DNA of 64,000 nucleotides from NCBI GenBank assembly GCA_963675295.2, contig CAXXKJ010000002.1:3584001-3648000 (forward strand), given 5' to 3'. Under the pieces are notes generated by a model. It was not told where the DNA came from. It ran no database searches and saw only the letters and a program-made list of their open reading frames with translations. Made by a program: the position numbers and the translations under genes. This DNA is from a bacterium (GTDB lineage: Bacteria; Electryoneota; Electryoneia; Electryoneales; Electryoneaceae). Below are positions 49,143-59,019 of this stretch, one piece after another; within the stretch, counting starts at the first letter, position 1, and each line of letters starts with the position of its first letter.

Positions 49143-49482
49143 GGTTGTCCTCCCTGCCTGCGATGAATCCGTCCACTACATCCCGAAACGCCTGCCACTC
49201 CTTCAGCAGGTCGCTGAGACGGACTCGTCCCTTGTCTGTCAGCTTGTAGTACTTGCGCGGCACGCCCCGTTTCGGGTTGTCGCGGTACGATTCGATGTAG
49301 CCATCATCCTCGAGCCGGTACAGTACGGGGTACAGCGTGCCTTCCTTGATCTGGAAGAAGTCCCCGCCGCGCCGCTCGAGGGTTGAGACGATGTCGTAGC
49401 CGTACCGGTCCTCCCCGTCGAGCATCGTCAGCAGGACAAGCTCGATGGTGCCGCGTTTCAGTTCCCGCCGTACAGCTTCCAT
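49129..49482 (-). CDS. PadR-family transcriptional regulator
   Basis: YGYDI, EGTLYPVLYRLE, RKYYKLTDKG. Confidence 0.95.
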   Translation of the reverse strand: MEAVRRELKRGTIELVLLTMLDGEDRYGYDIVSTLERRGGDFFQIKEGTLYPVLYRLEDDGYIESYRDNPKRGVPRKYYKLTDKGRVRLSDLLKEWQAFRDVVDGFIAGREDNHEQA

Positions 49483-49494
49483 CTCGGCCTCACG

Positions 49495-49546
49495 ATATAC
49501 TTTGTGTACCTAGGTATATGGTAGCAGAAATTAGTTGGTGAGTCAA
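49495..49546 (-). promoter_or_regulatory. Sigma70-type promoter with overlapping palindromic (PadR?) operator
   Basis: TTGACT-N17-TACCAT on the minus strand; ATATAC...GTATAT inverted repeat at 49495-49519. Confidence 0.55.
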
Positions 49547-49679
49547 GAGGGAACTCGGCGAACAAGTGGAATCGTGCTCGCGGAGGTGGGTTGAGGGGAC
49601 GGGCTGCGGTCGTCGGACTGCGGAGGGCGGACTGCGGACGGCGGTATAGCGTCGTGTCCTGATATGTGCTTGTTTGTGC

Positions 49680-49793
49680 GTCATGCTGAACGGAACGAAG
49701 AGAAGTGAAGCATCTACTCGATCCGACGGTAACGGTTCCAGGTTGAACCCTCACCGGTACATCAAGTAGATTCTTCACTTCGTTCAGGATGAC
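49680..49793. repeat. REP-like long inverted repeat element
   Basis: GTCATGCTGAACG...AAGTGAAGCATCTACT pairs with AGTAGATTCTTCACTTCGTTCAGGATGAC. Confidence 0.75.
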
Positions 49794-50018
49794 ACAATTT
49801 TGTCTTCTTTACCTGTCAGCACTTATTTTTATTTTCTATTCCTTACTTTTCTCGTCTATTTCCGTCTATTCCTGTCTTTTATTATCCGCTCCTGTCTGTT
49901 CCTGCCTGTTCCTGTCTTTTACTATCCGTTCCTGTCTTTTACTGTCTGTTCCTGTCCTTTACTTCTCTTGCGTCCGTTGCGTCAGTTGCTTCTTTTTGCA
50001 TCTGTTGCATTTTTAGCG

Positions 50019-52562
50019 TCACTTCATCAGGACGATCTTTTGTACGGTGTTCATGTGGCCGGGAACCGTCGCCTGTACGAAATAGATCCCGCTGGCCATA
50101 CCAGACGCATTGAACACAAACTCTTGGCTGCCAGCGCTGACGGGTCCGTCGGACAGCAGCGCGACTCGTTGCCCGAGGGTGTTGAACACCGCGACGGTCA
50201 GCTCGGCAGGTGCGGCGAGGTCAACCTGAATCTTCGTCGCCGCGTTGAACGGGTTCGGATAGATCGCGCGCAAGGCAAAGCCGGATGCAAGCGTGCCCGC
50301 CGTGGGGTGGTCCGGCACTGTGGAAATCAGTTCGTTGCGGTACCATTCGATCATGCCGTCGCTGTTGGACGCGCCGGCAACATCGATATCGCCGTCCTGA
50401 TCGAAGTCAGCACAGGCGATGGATTCCGGTGAACCGGAGAAGTCGCAGAGCCGGTGACGTTCGCCGAAATTCCCCTGTCCGTCAAGGTTTTCGTGCCACG
50501 AGTACCAGTTGTTGTCCCGCGCAGCTGACAGCAGGTCGAGGTCGCCGTCATTGTCAAGATCCACGCAGGCCAGATCGTTGGCACCCATCACATTTACCTC
50601 AATCACCTGCAACGACCCGAACGATCCGGCTCCGTCGAGATTCTCGAACCAGCCGATGTTGTCGTCACCGGAATCCGCGATCAGGACGTCGAGGTCGCCA
50701 TCTCCGTCTAAATCGGCGGCATGCACACACTCTGGATTGGCGAGTGTGTTGCTAAGGATCTGTTCGGTGCCGAATTGGCCGGCTCCATCGGTGTTTTCGT
50801 ACCACGCGACCTTGTGGTCTTCCTTGGAGGCGGAGAGCAGATCCAGATCGCCGTCTCCGTTCAGGTCGCAGGCGGACACTGCTTGTGGCCAGACGGACAG
50901 AGTGCTGACAATGGAACGCGGGGCAAAACCGCCCTGCCCGTCGGTGTTTTCATACCACGCGATCGTGTCATCCCATGCGGATGCCGTCACCGCATCCTGA
51001 TCGCCGTCGCCATCCAGATCGGCTGCACAGATAGCGACGACGCCATAGATCAGAGTCGTCAGGATGTGTTCGTCGAATTCACCGGTATTTTCCAGATTCT
51101 CATACCAGAACGCCTGCTGGTTCCATTGTGTCGCGGCGAGCAGATCGATATCGCCGTCGTTATCAAGATCGGCAGGGTAAATGTCCGCCGCGGTGTACGA
51201 AAATGGCGAGAGCACCTGCTGATGTTCGAATTCGCCGCTGGCGTGTATGTTTTCAAACCAGACGATGCGGTCGTCCTCGTAGAGGGCGGCGATGATGTCG
51301 TCGTAGCCATCGCCGTTCATGTCGGCGATCCGCACCACGACCGGATCAACCGTCCCATCCGAAATGATTCGTTTCCCGCCGAGTCCAGCCCCAGCGGGGA
51401 GCGTCGGATACCAGGCGATGCCGTCACTCTTTTTCGCCGCCGCGAGAACATCATCGAGACCGTCTCCATTTAGATCGCAGGCGTGAAGACGGGAACCATC
51501 TCCCGCGATTTCGGTCAGCAGTTGTTCGTCGCCGAAATCGTTCTGGCCGCTCTGGTTCGTATAACTGTAGAGATAGCGGTAGGATGCGGCAATGATATCC
51601 TGATCTCCGTCATCTCCGAGATCCACGCAGCACACCGACCCGATTCCGTTCAGCATGGAGCCGTCAATCAGATCTACCGTGAACGTGCCGCCGCCGTCCA
51701 CGTTATCGTAAATCATCAAACTACTGCCATCGGTGAGGATGAGGTCGGTGTCGCCGTCCCGGTCCAGATCATCGGCGTGCAGGCCGTAGCTCCAGGTGGT
51801 GGTCGAACTGGTGAGCATCTGCTGGACGGCGTAGGTGCCCGCGCCGTCCATGTTCTCATACAGTTCGACCTTCAACGAATCGCCGTGATTGTTGACCGCC
51901 ACGATATCCGGATCGCCATCGGAGTCGATATCGGGCACAATCAGATTCCGAATGATGATTCCGATGTTGTCGATAATCTGCTGGGGTCCGAAGGTGCCGA
52001 GTCCGTCCTGGTTCAGGAAATAGCCGAAGCCGTCCTCGTGCGGTGAGGAATACATCAGGTCGGTGTACGAATCGCCGTTCACATCGCGCGCGAAGACAAG
52101 GGCGACATACTCGATGCTGTCCGACAACACCTGTTCCGCGGAGAAGGTGCCTTGCCCGTCTGTGTTCTCGAACCACGATACCTTGTGGTCCTGGTTGGCA
52201 GCGGCGAGAACATCGAGATCACCGTCCCCATCCACATCGGCACAGGTCACATCGCATGCCCCATCAAAGCCGGTGGCAATCAACTTTTGCGGGCCGAAGT
52301 TGCCCTCGCCGTCCAGATTCTCATACCAGGCGATCTTTTGATCGGTGGCTGCGGAACAGACGACATCGAGGTCGCCGTCCCCGTCCACATCGGCACCGAC
52401 CGCGCCGGAGGCGCCGTTTGTATAGCCGGAGAGGGGAATTTTGCCGCTGAAGCTGATCTCCGCGAACGCGGAGTCAAGCGGCAGGAGAATTGTTACCAAC
52501 AGACAGGAGGTCAGGAAAACGAGGTTCAGCGTGGACCGTTTGGCAGGCATGATTGCATCCAT
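50019..52562 (-). CDS. Secreted protein with ~14 FG-GAP repeats and T9SS-like C-terminal domain
   Basis: Repeated DxDGDGDLD...WYENxDG; IYPNPFN...ASGIYFV...KIVLMK. Confidence 0.9.
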   Translation of the reverse strand: MDAIMPAKRSTLNLVFLTSCLLVTILLPLDSAFAEISFSGKIPLSGYTNGASGAVGADVDGDGDLDVVCSAATDQKIAWYENLDGEGNFGPQKLIATGFDGACDVTCADVDGDGDLDVLAAANQDHKVSWFENTDGQGTFSAEQVLSDSIEYVALVFARDVNGDSYTDLMYSSPHEDGFGYFLNQDGLGTFGPQQIIDNIGIIIRNLIVPDIDSDGDPDIVAVNNHGDSLKVELYENMDGAGTYAVQQMLTSSTTTWSYGLHADDLDRDGDTDLILTDGSSLMIYDNVDGGGTFTVDLIDGSMLNGIGSVCCVDLGDDGDQDIIAASYRYLYSYTNQSGQNDFGDEQLLTEIAGDGSRLHACDLNGDGLDDVLAAAKKSDGIAWYPTLPAGAGLGGKRIISDGTVDPVVVRIADMNGDGYDDIIAALYEDDRIVWFENIHASGEFEHQQVLSPFSYTAADIYPADLDNDGDIDLLAATQWNQQAFWYENLENTGEFDEHILTTLIYGVVAICAADLDGDGDQDAVTASAWDDTIAWYENTDGQGGFAPRSIVSTLSVWPQAVSACDLNGDGDLDLLSASKEDHKVAWYENTDGAGQFGTEQILSNTLANPECVHAADLDGDGDLDVLIADSGDDNIGWFENLDGAGSFGSLQVIEVNVMGANDLACVDLDNDGDLDLLSAARDNNWYSWHENLDGQGNFGERHRLCDFSGSPESIACADFDQDGDIDVAGASNSDGMIEWYRNELISTVPDHPTAGTLASGFALRAIYPNPFNAATKIQVDLAAPAELTVAVFNTLGQRVALLSDGPVSAGSQEFVFNASGMASGIYFVQATVPGHMNTVQKIVLMK

Positions 52563-52735
52563 GATTGAGTGAACGTCCCCCTCGGCCGAACGTCTATCCG
52601 ACAAACAACGTAAGAATTTCAGAGTTGGAGTGCAGACACGGCGAGGAAAGAAACGAAAACAGTTGACACAAAAATCCCGGGGCAAATGTCCCGGGATCGT
52701 GATTTGACATCAGAATGTGTCACGTACGGCAGATC

Positions 52736-54214
52736 CTACTTCATAAGCACGATTTTCTGGACGGCGTTCAGCTGTCCCGGTACGATCGCTCGCACAAAGT
52801 AAATCCCGCTGGCGTTGTTTGTGCCATCAAACGTAAACGAGTGCAGTCCCGCCGGTTGCGTCGATGAACTCAGTACCGCGACCTGTTCGCCGAGAGTGTT
52901 GTAGACGGTCAGGTCCAGCCTGAACGAACGCGGCAGGGCGATCTCAATGGTGGCGCTCGGGTTGAACGGGTTCGGGTAGATCTTGCTCAGCTCGTATGCC
53001 TGCGGCAGGTGGGACGCGGACGCATCCTCCGCGACTCCGACGAATCCGAGGTTTTTGTACCAGGCGATGGTGTTGTCACCCCACGACGCGGAAAGGATGT
53101 CGTTGTCGCCATCGCCGTCCAGGTCGGCGCAGTAGATGCCGGACACGTGGTCAATATCATCAGTGATGACGTAGTGCTGGCCGAACGAACCCTCGCCGTC
53201 CGTATTTTCGAACCACACAATCAAGCTGTCCGGGGAGGATGCCGCGACGAGGTCGATATCGCCGTCATTATCGATGTCAATGCTGAACAGAATCTCCGTG
53301 CCCTTGATCTGGTCGCTGATCTGCTGGGCGGCGCTGAATGTGCCCTGGCCATCCGTGTTTTCGTGCCACGCGATCAGGTTCTCGTCTGATTGGTAGGACG
53401 CAGCAAGCACATCCTGATCGCCGTCACCATCAACATCATTCGAGCACACCGCTTTGTAGTTCCATGTGCTCGACACGATGACCATCTCCGGACCAAACGA
53501 CGCGGCACCGTCGAGGTTTTCGCTCCATGCAACCATGCCCCGCGTCGCGCTACTGGAGGCGAACAAGAGATCGGGATCTGTGTCGCCGTCCAGGTCAGGC
53601 GCGCACAACGAGTTGATGGAATAATTGATGTCGGTGAGGATTTGTTCGTCGGAAAACGTTCCGGCCCCGTCCTCGTTTTCGTACATCTTGATGTCGGTTC
53701 CCTGGGCAGAGATCACGTCCTCATCTCCGTCCCCGTCCATGTCCATACAGCGAACCGCGGTGATGTCCCAGGTGTTGGTTGCGATCACCATTTCGTTGCT
53801 GAAGGCACCCTGGCCGTCGATGTTCTCAAACCAGACAATCTTCTGATCATTCTGGGAGACGGCTGAAATGACATCGTTATCGCCGTCACCGTCGAGGTCG
53901 GCACCGTAAACGAACGAGGCACGATCGAGTGTTTCGGTTATCACGATCGGCGGGCCGAACACTCCAGTACCGTCAAGGTTCTCGAACCATTCGACAGTGC
54001 TGTCGGTCGCTGAGGCGGCGAGCACATCCAGGTCGCCGTCGCCATCCATGTCAACGCTGAATACCGCTTGCGCGCCGTCGGCTTCGTTGCTGATGACAAT
54101 CTTTGAACTGAAGGAAACCGGCTGCGCGAACATGGCGGACGGCAGGAAAATGAGCAGTGCGGCAAGCAAACACCACTGCCCGGCAGTTCTCCCCCACTCG
54201 TACAACGTTTTCAT
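52736..54214 (-). CDS. Secreted FG-GAP repeat protein with T9SS-like C-terminal domain
   Basis: Seven FG-GAP repeats; IYPNPFN...KIVLMK; paralog of its neighbour. Confidence 0.9.
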   Translation of the reverse strand: MKTLYEWGRTAGQWCLLAALLIFLPSAMFAQPVSFSSKIVISNEADGAQAVFSVDMDGDGDLDVLAASATDSTVEWFENLDGTGVFGPPIVITETLDRASFVYGADLDGDGDNDVISAVSQNDQKIVWFENIDGQGAFSNEMVIATNTWDITAVRCMDMDGDGDEDVISAQGTDIKMYENEDGAGTFSDEQILTDINYSINSLCAPDLDGDTDPDLLFASSSATRGMVAWSENLDGAASFGPEMVIVSSTWNYKAVCSNDVDGDGDQDVLAASYQSDENLIAWHENTDGQGTFSAAQQISDQIKGTEILFSIDIDNDGDIDLVAASSPDSLIVWFENTDGEGSFGQHYVITDDIDHVSGIYCADLDGDGDNDILSASWGDNTIAWYKNLGFVGVAEDASASHLPQAYELSKIYPNPFNPSATIEIALPRSFRLDLTVYNTLGEQVAVLSSSTQPAGLHSFTFDGTNNASGIYFVRAIVPGQLNAVQKIVLMK

Positions 54215-54397
54215 CGTGCCCCCTGTGCCCATCGATCTGTCCAACTTGAACCAGAATATACGATTCCCGCAACACCGTAACAGGATTTGATTGAAATTAT
54301 TCCAACAAATTCAGGGCTTGCGTTTGGAAATAGAAAAGCCCGCGCCGGAATCACCGGCACGGGCATTGGGATAGCTTCTGAAATAGACCAGCGAACG

Positions 54398-54994
54398 CTA
54401 GGAGGTCGAGGGTTCGTCGTCCCCGTTGCTCTCCTCTGGAGCGTGTTCGCCCCCAACGCTCTCCAGCACCTTGATTTCGTCCCGGATACGCGCGGCTTCC
54501 TCGTACTCTTCCTTCTCAACCGCTTCCTTCAGCCGGCGGTTGAGTTCCATCAGTTTGTCTTCCTTGCTCGGGCCGGCGGTATCGGCCTGGGCAATCTCAC
54601 CACGCATCCCGGCTTCGGTGAACACATGCGGCGCGACAAAGATATCCGCCTCGGTCTTCAACGCCAGCGCGATCGCATCGCTCGGGCGCGCGTCCACTTC
54701 CTTCCGACCTTCATGCGTGTCGACATACACGGTGGCGTAAAACGTGTTTTCCTTGAGGTCGGTAACCTCAACCCGGGAGACCTTCGCCTCTGACGCATCA
54801 AGCAGGTTTTTGAACAGATCATAGGTGAGCGGACGGACATACTTCAGCCCCTGCAGCAGCAGGGAGATCGTGTGTGCCTCGGTGGCACCGATAAAAATCG
54901 GCAGCCACTGCTCGCCGTCCTTCTCTTTCAGGATCACCACGTAGCCCTGATAGGGCGGGCTGATGGAAATGCCGGTGACCTCTACGGGAATCAT
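54398..54994 (-). CDS. Bifunctional nuclease (DUF151) with C-terminal UVR domain
   Basis: LPIFIG..EA, RPLTYDL, DARPSDAIALA; LKEAVEKEEYEEAARIRDEI. Confidence 0.92.
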   Translation of the reverse strand: MIPVEVTGISISPPYQGYVVILKEKDGEQWLPIFIGATEAHTISLLLQGLKYVRPLTYDLFKNLLDASEAKVSRVEVTDLKENTFYATVYVDTHEGRKEVDARPSDAIALALKTEADIFVAPHVFTEAGMRGEIAQADTAGPSKEDKLMELNRRLKEAVEKEEYEEAARIRDEIKVLESVGGEHAPEESNGDDEPSTS

Positions 54995-55088
54995 TCAAGC
55001 CTCGTCTGGATCTGGGATTGTGAAGGCACGTGGGCCGGTCAACAAACACATGAAGCGGCCCGGACGAATTCCAAGCCATAGGTCAGGC

Positions 55089-55117
55089 AAAATAGGAGAA
55101 ACAAAAAAAGGTGTCAA
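55089..55117 (-). promoter_or_regulatory. Sigma70-type promoter for the DUF151 gene
   Basis: TTGACA-N17-TATTTT on the minus strand. Confidence 0.55.
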
Positions 55118-55322
55118 GCTGAGAGGGACCCTGCGTTCCGGCCCGAGCCACCCAGAAAGCGAGAGTCAATCTGGTTTTCCAGCCCCTTCGAACCCCCAAT
55201 TCTGACAAATCGGACCCGCGCCAGCAAGCAAGCACGGGCCTGTATGCTATGCGTTTTCACAAGGCAATCAGCCAGTGAAAATCATCCCGTCGATCCCAGA
55301 CATGAATGTCTGGGGCACGCTT

Positions 55323-56021
55323 TTAGTACCGGCGGAAGAGGCTGACGACGATGCCGAGGATCATGAAATCTTCCCGCGTCGGATCGACCATGATCGGCTG
55401 CATGTACTGGTTCGCCGGACGCAGTTCGATCTGGCTCTTCCCGGGGTGGTAATACTTGACCGTCGCCTCATCGCCGATCAACGCGACAATGATCTCGCCG
55501 GGGCGTGCATCATCCTGCTTGCGGCAGAAGACCACGTCGCCGTCGTGAATGCCGGCGTCGATCATCGACTCACCCTTAACCCGCAATGCGAACACCTCGC
55601 CCTTGGGCGCGTAATCGGCGTCGATCGCGATGTGGCCCTGCAGATTGTTCTCTGCCAGCAACGGCGCTCCGGCGGCAACCGCCTCGCCATAGATCGGAAT
55701 CTCGACGACAGAGGTGGTCGGATAGATCATGTCGCTGAGCTGGACAATCCGCGCGCCGGAATCGCCGCGCGAATCGTCTCGCGGTCCGAACGCGACTTCC
55801 TGCCCGGCGTCGGTCAGTTCGATCGCACGGCTGCGGTAGCGTTCGCGGACGATATACCCCTTCTTCTGCAGCGCTTCGAGGATGCTGCGGACACCGTTCG
55901 TGCTGCGGATTCCTTCCGCTTCGCCGATGTCACGGAAGGTCGGCGGATAGCCGTTCTTCCGGAGTCCGTCCCCAATCCGTTTGAGCACCGACTCCTGGCG
56001 TGGGGTCAATGGTTCAGCCAT
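55323..56021 (-). CDS. lexA: LexA repressor
   Basis: LTPRQ...GYPPTFRDI wHTH, VAAG cleavage site, GESM (Ser), ATVK (Lys). Confidence 0.96.
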   Translation of the reverse strand: MAEPLTPRQESVLKRIGDGLRKNGYPPTFRDIGEAEGIRSTNGVRSILEALQKKGYIVRERYRSRAIELTDAGQEVAFGPRDDSRGDSGARIVQLSDMIYPTTSVVEIPIYGEAVAAGAPLLAENNLQGHIAIDADYAPKGEVFALRVKGESMIDAGIHDGDVVFCRKQDDARPGEIIVALIGDEATVKYYHPGKSQIELRPANQYMQPIMVDPTREDFMILGIVVSLFRRY

Positions 56022-56026
56022 GGCTG

Positions 56027-56078
56027 ACTCCTGTTCAAGAGATGTTCACTGAACAAAAGGTAATTGAACAGGAGTTCA
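56027..56078. promoter_or_regulatory. lexA operator region with several GAAC/GTTC half-sites
   Basis: GTTC-N7-GTTC (56033-56047), TGTTC-N3-GAACA (56043-56055), GAAC-N4-GTTC (56066-56077). Confidence 0.65.
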
Positions 56079-56081
56079 GAA

Positions 56082-56534
56082 TCAAGAGGGATGTGACTTT
56101 TCAAGAAGTAAAGTGACCGGCCCGTCATTAACCAGCGAAACCTGCATCATCGCGCCAAATCGGCCGGTCTCGACATGCAGCCCCGCTTCTTGGAGCCGTT
56201 TCGCGAAGTACTCGACGAGAGGTTCGGCCTGTTCCGGACGGGCGGCGTGAACAAAGCTCGGACGACGGCCCTTGCGGCTGTCGGCGTAGAGAGTAAACTG
56301 GCTGACAACGAGAACCGAGGGGTTCGGCTGATCGCTGAGCGAGAGGTTCATCTTGCCCTCGTCATCCTCGAAAATGCGCAGCCCGGCAACCTTGTCCGCA
56401 AGCCAGTCGGCTTCGGCCTCGGTGTCGTCGTGGGTTGCCCCGACCAACAGCACAAAGCCCGGCCCGATCTGGCCGACGACTTCATCTTCCACCGTCACCG
56501 ATGCTGACGAAACTCGTTGCAACACGATACGCAT
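56082..56534 (-). CDS. dtd: D-aminoacyl-tRNA deacylase
   Basis: [29 protein letters not shown]. Confidence 0.96.
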   Translation of the reverse strand: MRIVLQRVSSASVTVEDEVVGQIGPGFVLLVGATHDDTEAEADWLADKVAGLRIFEDDEGKMNLSLSDQPNPSVLVVSQFTLYADSRKGRRPSFVHAARPEQAEPLVEYFAKRLQEAGLHVETGRFGAMMQVSLVNDGPVTLLLEKSHPS

Positions 56535-56551
56535 GACGACCCGGTACTCCG

Positions 56552-57664
56552 TTAGAAATTCGCACCGACGCTGATCCACGGGAAGACAACATAGTCGACA
56601 TCATGCCCCATTTCACGCGCCAGCGCCACGTCGAGCACGTAATGAGTGCTGATCCAACGCACGCCAAACGAGACTAGCGGATCGATTTTGTGTGGGATGT
56701 AGTAGTTCTCGGTGACGAGCGCTAATGATCGTTGCACACGCCACATCCCACCGATCATGAGCAAGTGGCCAAGATCGGGTTCATCCTGCTCGTCAATGAC
56801 CCCGCCACCGATCACCAGAATCGTGTTGGCGTCGCCGACGCTGAGGACGCCGTAGGTCACCGATGTGGTTTTCAGGTTGGACCATTCGGTATCCGCGAAC
56901 AGGGTCCGATTTCCCACTGCGATGGCCAGCGAATCGGTCTCGACCAGCGTAATCTGCCCGGACACCCAACCGAGCGAAAACAGTGGACCGCCGAGTGGCA
57001 TCAGGCTGCCGCCGATCGAAGTACGAAACGGCATGCCCAACTCCAGCGTCGGCATGATGACATAGTGGTGCACGTAATAGCCGTGCCCGAATGAACGGCT
57101 GCGGCCGGTCGGACCGAAGAAGAGGCGATTGTTCGGGTCACGGAACCAGACGAAACCCCGTTCCGCGAGCACCGGATCGGCAATGTCAACGTAGGCTATG
57201 TCGCTGACCGGCAGCCGGTGCTGGCCGTAGCGTGAGGTAACCAGCAGGAAGTCGCCGGTCCAGCGAGTGATGAAACCGTTGATCGGGTCGGCGTTATACG
57301 GTTCGACTACGGCGGGGATGCCCTGTGAAGTAGCGGTGTCGTAGCGGACGGAATCCTGGTATGCGAGGACTCGCGGCAGAATGTCCAGCAGTTCATGATC
57401 CAGCAGATACTCATGCTCGAAGTGTTCGATGCCGTCGAAGCTGAACACGACCATCTTCTCGGCGAGGTTGGATGTGGACTTGAAAATCAGCGCGCGTTCA
57501 AAGCCGAACAGATCGGGGAATAGATCGTACTCTTCAGCTTCCGCGACGGTGATCGTGTCACCGATGGGATGGTTGAGCAGGGGTGCGCGCGCGAATGCAG
57601 GAAGTTGTGTCATTAGAATCAGAAGTACTGCCAGCAGAGTAAACCGTGCGCCGTGCTTCATCAT
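56552..57664 (-). CDS. Secreted/outer-membrane hypothetical protein (paralog of next gene)
   Basis: Signal peptide; [10 protein letters not shown] motif; alternating beta strands and terminal Phe. Confidence 0.7.
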   Translation of the reverse strand: MMKHGARFTLLAVLLILMTQLPAFARAPLLNHPIGDTITVAEAEEYDLFPDLFGFERALIFKSTSNLAEKMVVFSFDGIEHFEHEYLLDHELLDILPRVLAYQDSVRYDTATSQGIPAVVEPYNADPINGFITRWTGDFLLVTSRYGQHRLPVSDIAYVDIADPVLAERGFVWFRDPNNRLFFGPTGRSRSFGHGYYVHHYVIMPTLELGMPFRTSIGGSLMPLGGPLFSLGWVSGQITLVETDSLAIAVGNRTLFADTEWSNLKTTSVTYGVLSVGDANTILVIGGGVIDEQDEPDLGHLLMIGGMWRVQRSLALVTENYYIPHKIDPLVSFGVRWISTHYVLDVALAREMGHDVDYVVFPWISVGANF

Positions 57665-57796
57665 CTGCCCCCCGATGATAGACTGGAAACTCTGAGATGG
57701 ATTGTCATCTTTATCTAACATAAGGATTTGAATGCCAACGCTCGCAACCTCTGCTCCGTATGTAAAACAACCTTCCGTAATCGAGAGCGTTCCGGA

Positions 57797-58903
57797 TCAG
57801 AAATGCACGACGAAATCGACCCATGGAATCCCAAGTGCTTCGAAGTCTCCCATCAACGGGCGAATGATGGCGAAATCGACGGATAATTTGTCACCGTACC
57901 AGCGCATTCCGAGCGACACCACCGGCCAGTCGACCCCCGGAATCATCCAGTTTTCGGTGATCAGCTTGGTTCGCCTGCCGGTCTTCCATTCCCCGCCGAT
58001 CACCACGAATGGATTGTCCGCTAGCTTGAACCCATCGACGAAGCCAAACCCGAGGCCGAAGGTTCCGGACGCTTTGGTGCTCCCGGCACTTCCAACTCCG
58101 TAGATGATTCCAGCGTTCTGGCCGTCCCCACCGCTCATCAAGGTGGTCAGGTTCCCCACCGCGAAGGAGTAGTGATCGTTGTCGACGATCCCCACCTGTC
58201 CGGTGAACCAGCCGAAGGTGGCGTGCGGGATCGACCACGGGAAGAATGCTCCGCCGACAGAGATTTTGTGCCCGAAACCGACCTGGATGCCGGGCATGAC
58301 GGCCTCATACACCGCGAAGTAGCCCTCGCCTTTGCCCAGGCTGCGGCCGGTCGGCATGAAGAACAGGCGAGTACGGTTGGCGTCCACGACGTCGGTGAAC
58401 TGGGCGTAGTCCTTGACCCGGTGCTGTATCTCGATGTCGTCGATCTGGTCGATGGGAATGTCGCTGTAGCCGAACTGGGTGGTGACGTGGAAGCTTAACC
58501 CGGTCCACTCGGTGATCTTGCCGAAGTTGCGTGGGCCTTGTTTCGGGGTGATTGTGACCGAAACACCATCTGAAACGGGTAGATCGTCACGCAACGAATC
58601 CGCCCGCTCCAACACCAGCGGCAGCACACGGAACACGGAATTGTCGATCAGCCAGGTGGTGCCGTACCGGGAGAACACATCCTCGGAATAGACACGAAGG
58701 ATCTTCACATGGGTGTAGACTGAATCGGCGATCACCGCGGACTGGAAGCCGGGTACATCGCGGAAGAGGGAATACTGTTCAGCTTCGGCGGCGGTGATGG
58801 TATCGCCGATGCTGTGTTGCAATACCGGTTGCCGTGCATGGACAACACCCGGTAGCAGCAACATCGCAAGCACCAACACGAACCACAGGCCACACCGCGC
58901 CAT
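57797..58903 (-). CDS. Secreted/outer-membrane hypothetical protein
   Basis: Signal peptide; DANRTRLFFMPTGRS; ends PWVDFVVHF. Confidence 0.7.
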   Translation of the reverse strand: MARCGLWFVLVLAMLLLPGVVHARQPVLQHSIGDTITAAEAEQYSLFRDVPGFQSAVIADSVYTHVKILRVYSEDVFSRYGTTWLIDNSVFRVLPLVLERADSLRDDLPVSDGVSVTITPKQGPRNFGKITEWTGLSFHVTTQFGYSDIPIDQIDDIEIQHRVKDYAQFTDVVDANRTRLFFMPTGRSLGKGEGYFAVYEAVMPGIQVGFGHKISVGGAFFPWSIPHATFGWFTGQVGIVDNDHYSFAVGNLTTLMSGGDGQNAGIIYGVGSAGSTKASGTFGLGFGFVDGFKLADNPFVVIGGEWKTGRRTKLITENWMIPGVDWPVVSLGMRWYGDKLSVDFAIIRPLMGDFEALGIPWVDFVVHF

Positions 58904-59019
58904 CTATCACCCCCATCATTCCGATGGCAGACGGAACGATTCCGCCTCATCAGTTAAGATAAGGCGAAACGGTATGGTTATAACGCGAACAGATGAAAAA
59001 CAGGCACCAAACGGACGAA

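Noticed and set aside
50019-54214. Diversity-generating retroelement or repeat-based variation system among FG-GAP genes
   Set aside because: No reverse transcriptase and no near-identical TR/VR pair differing at adenines; similarity is ordinary protein-repeat paralogy
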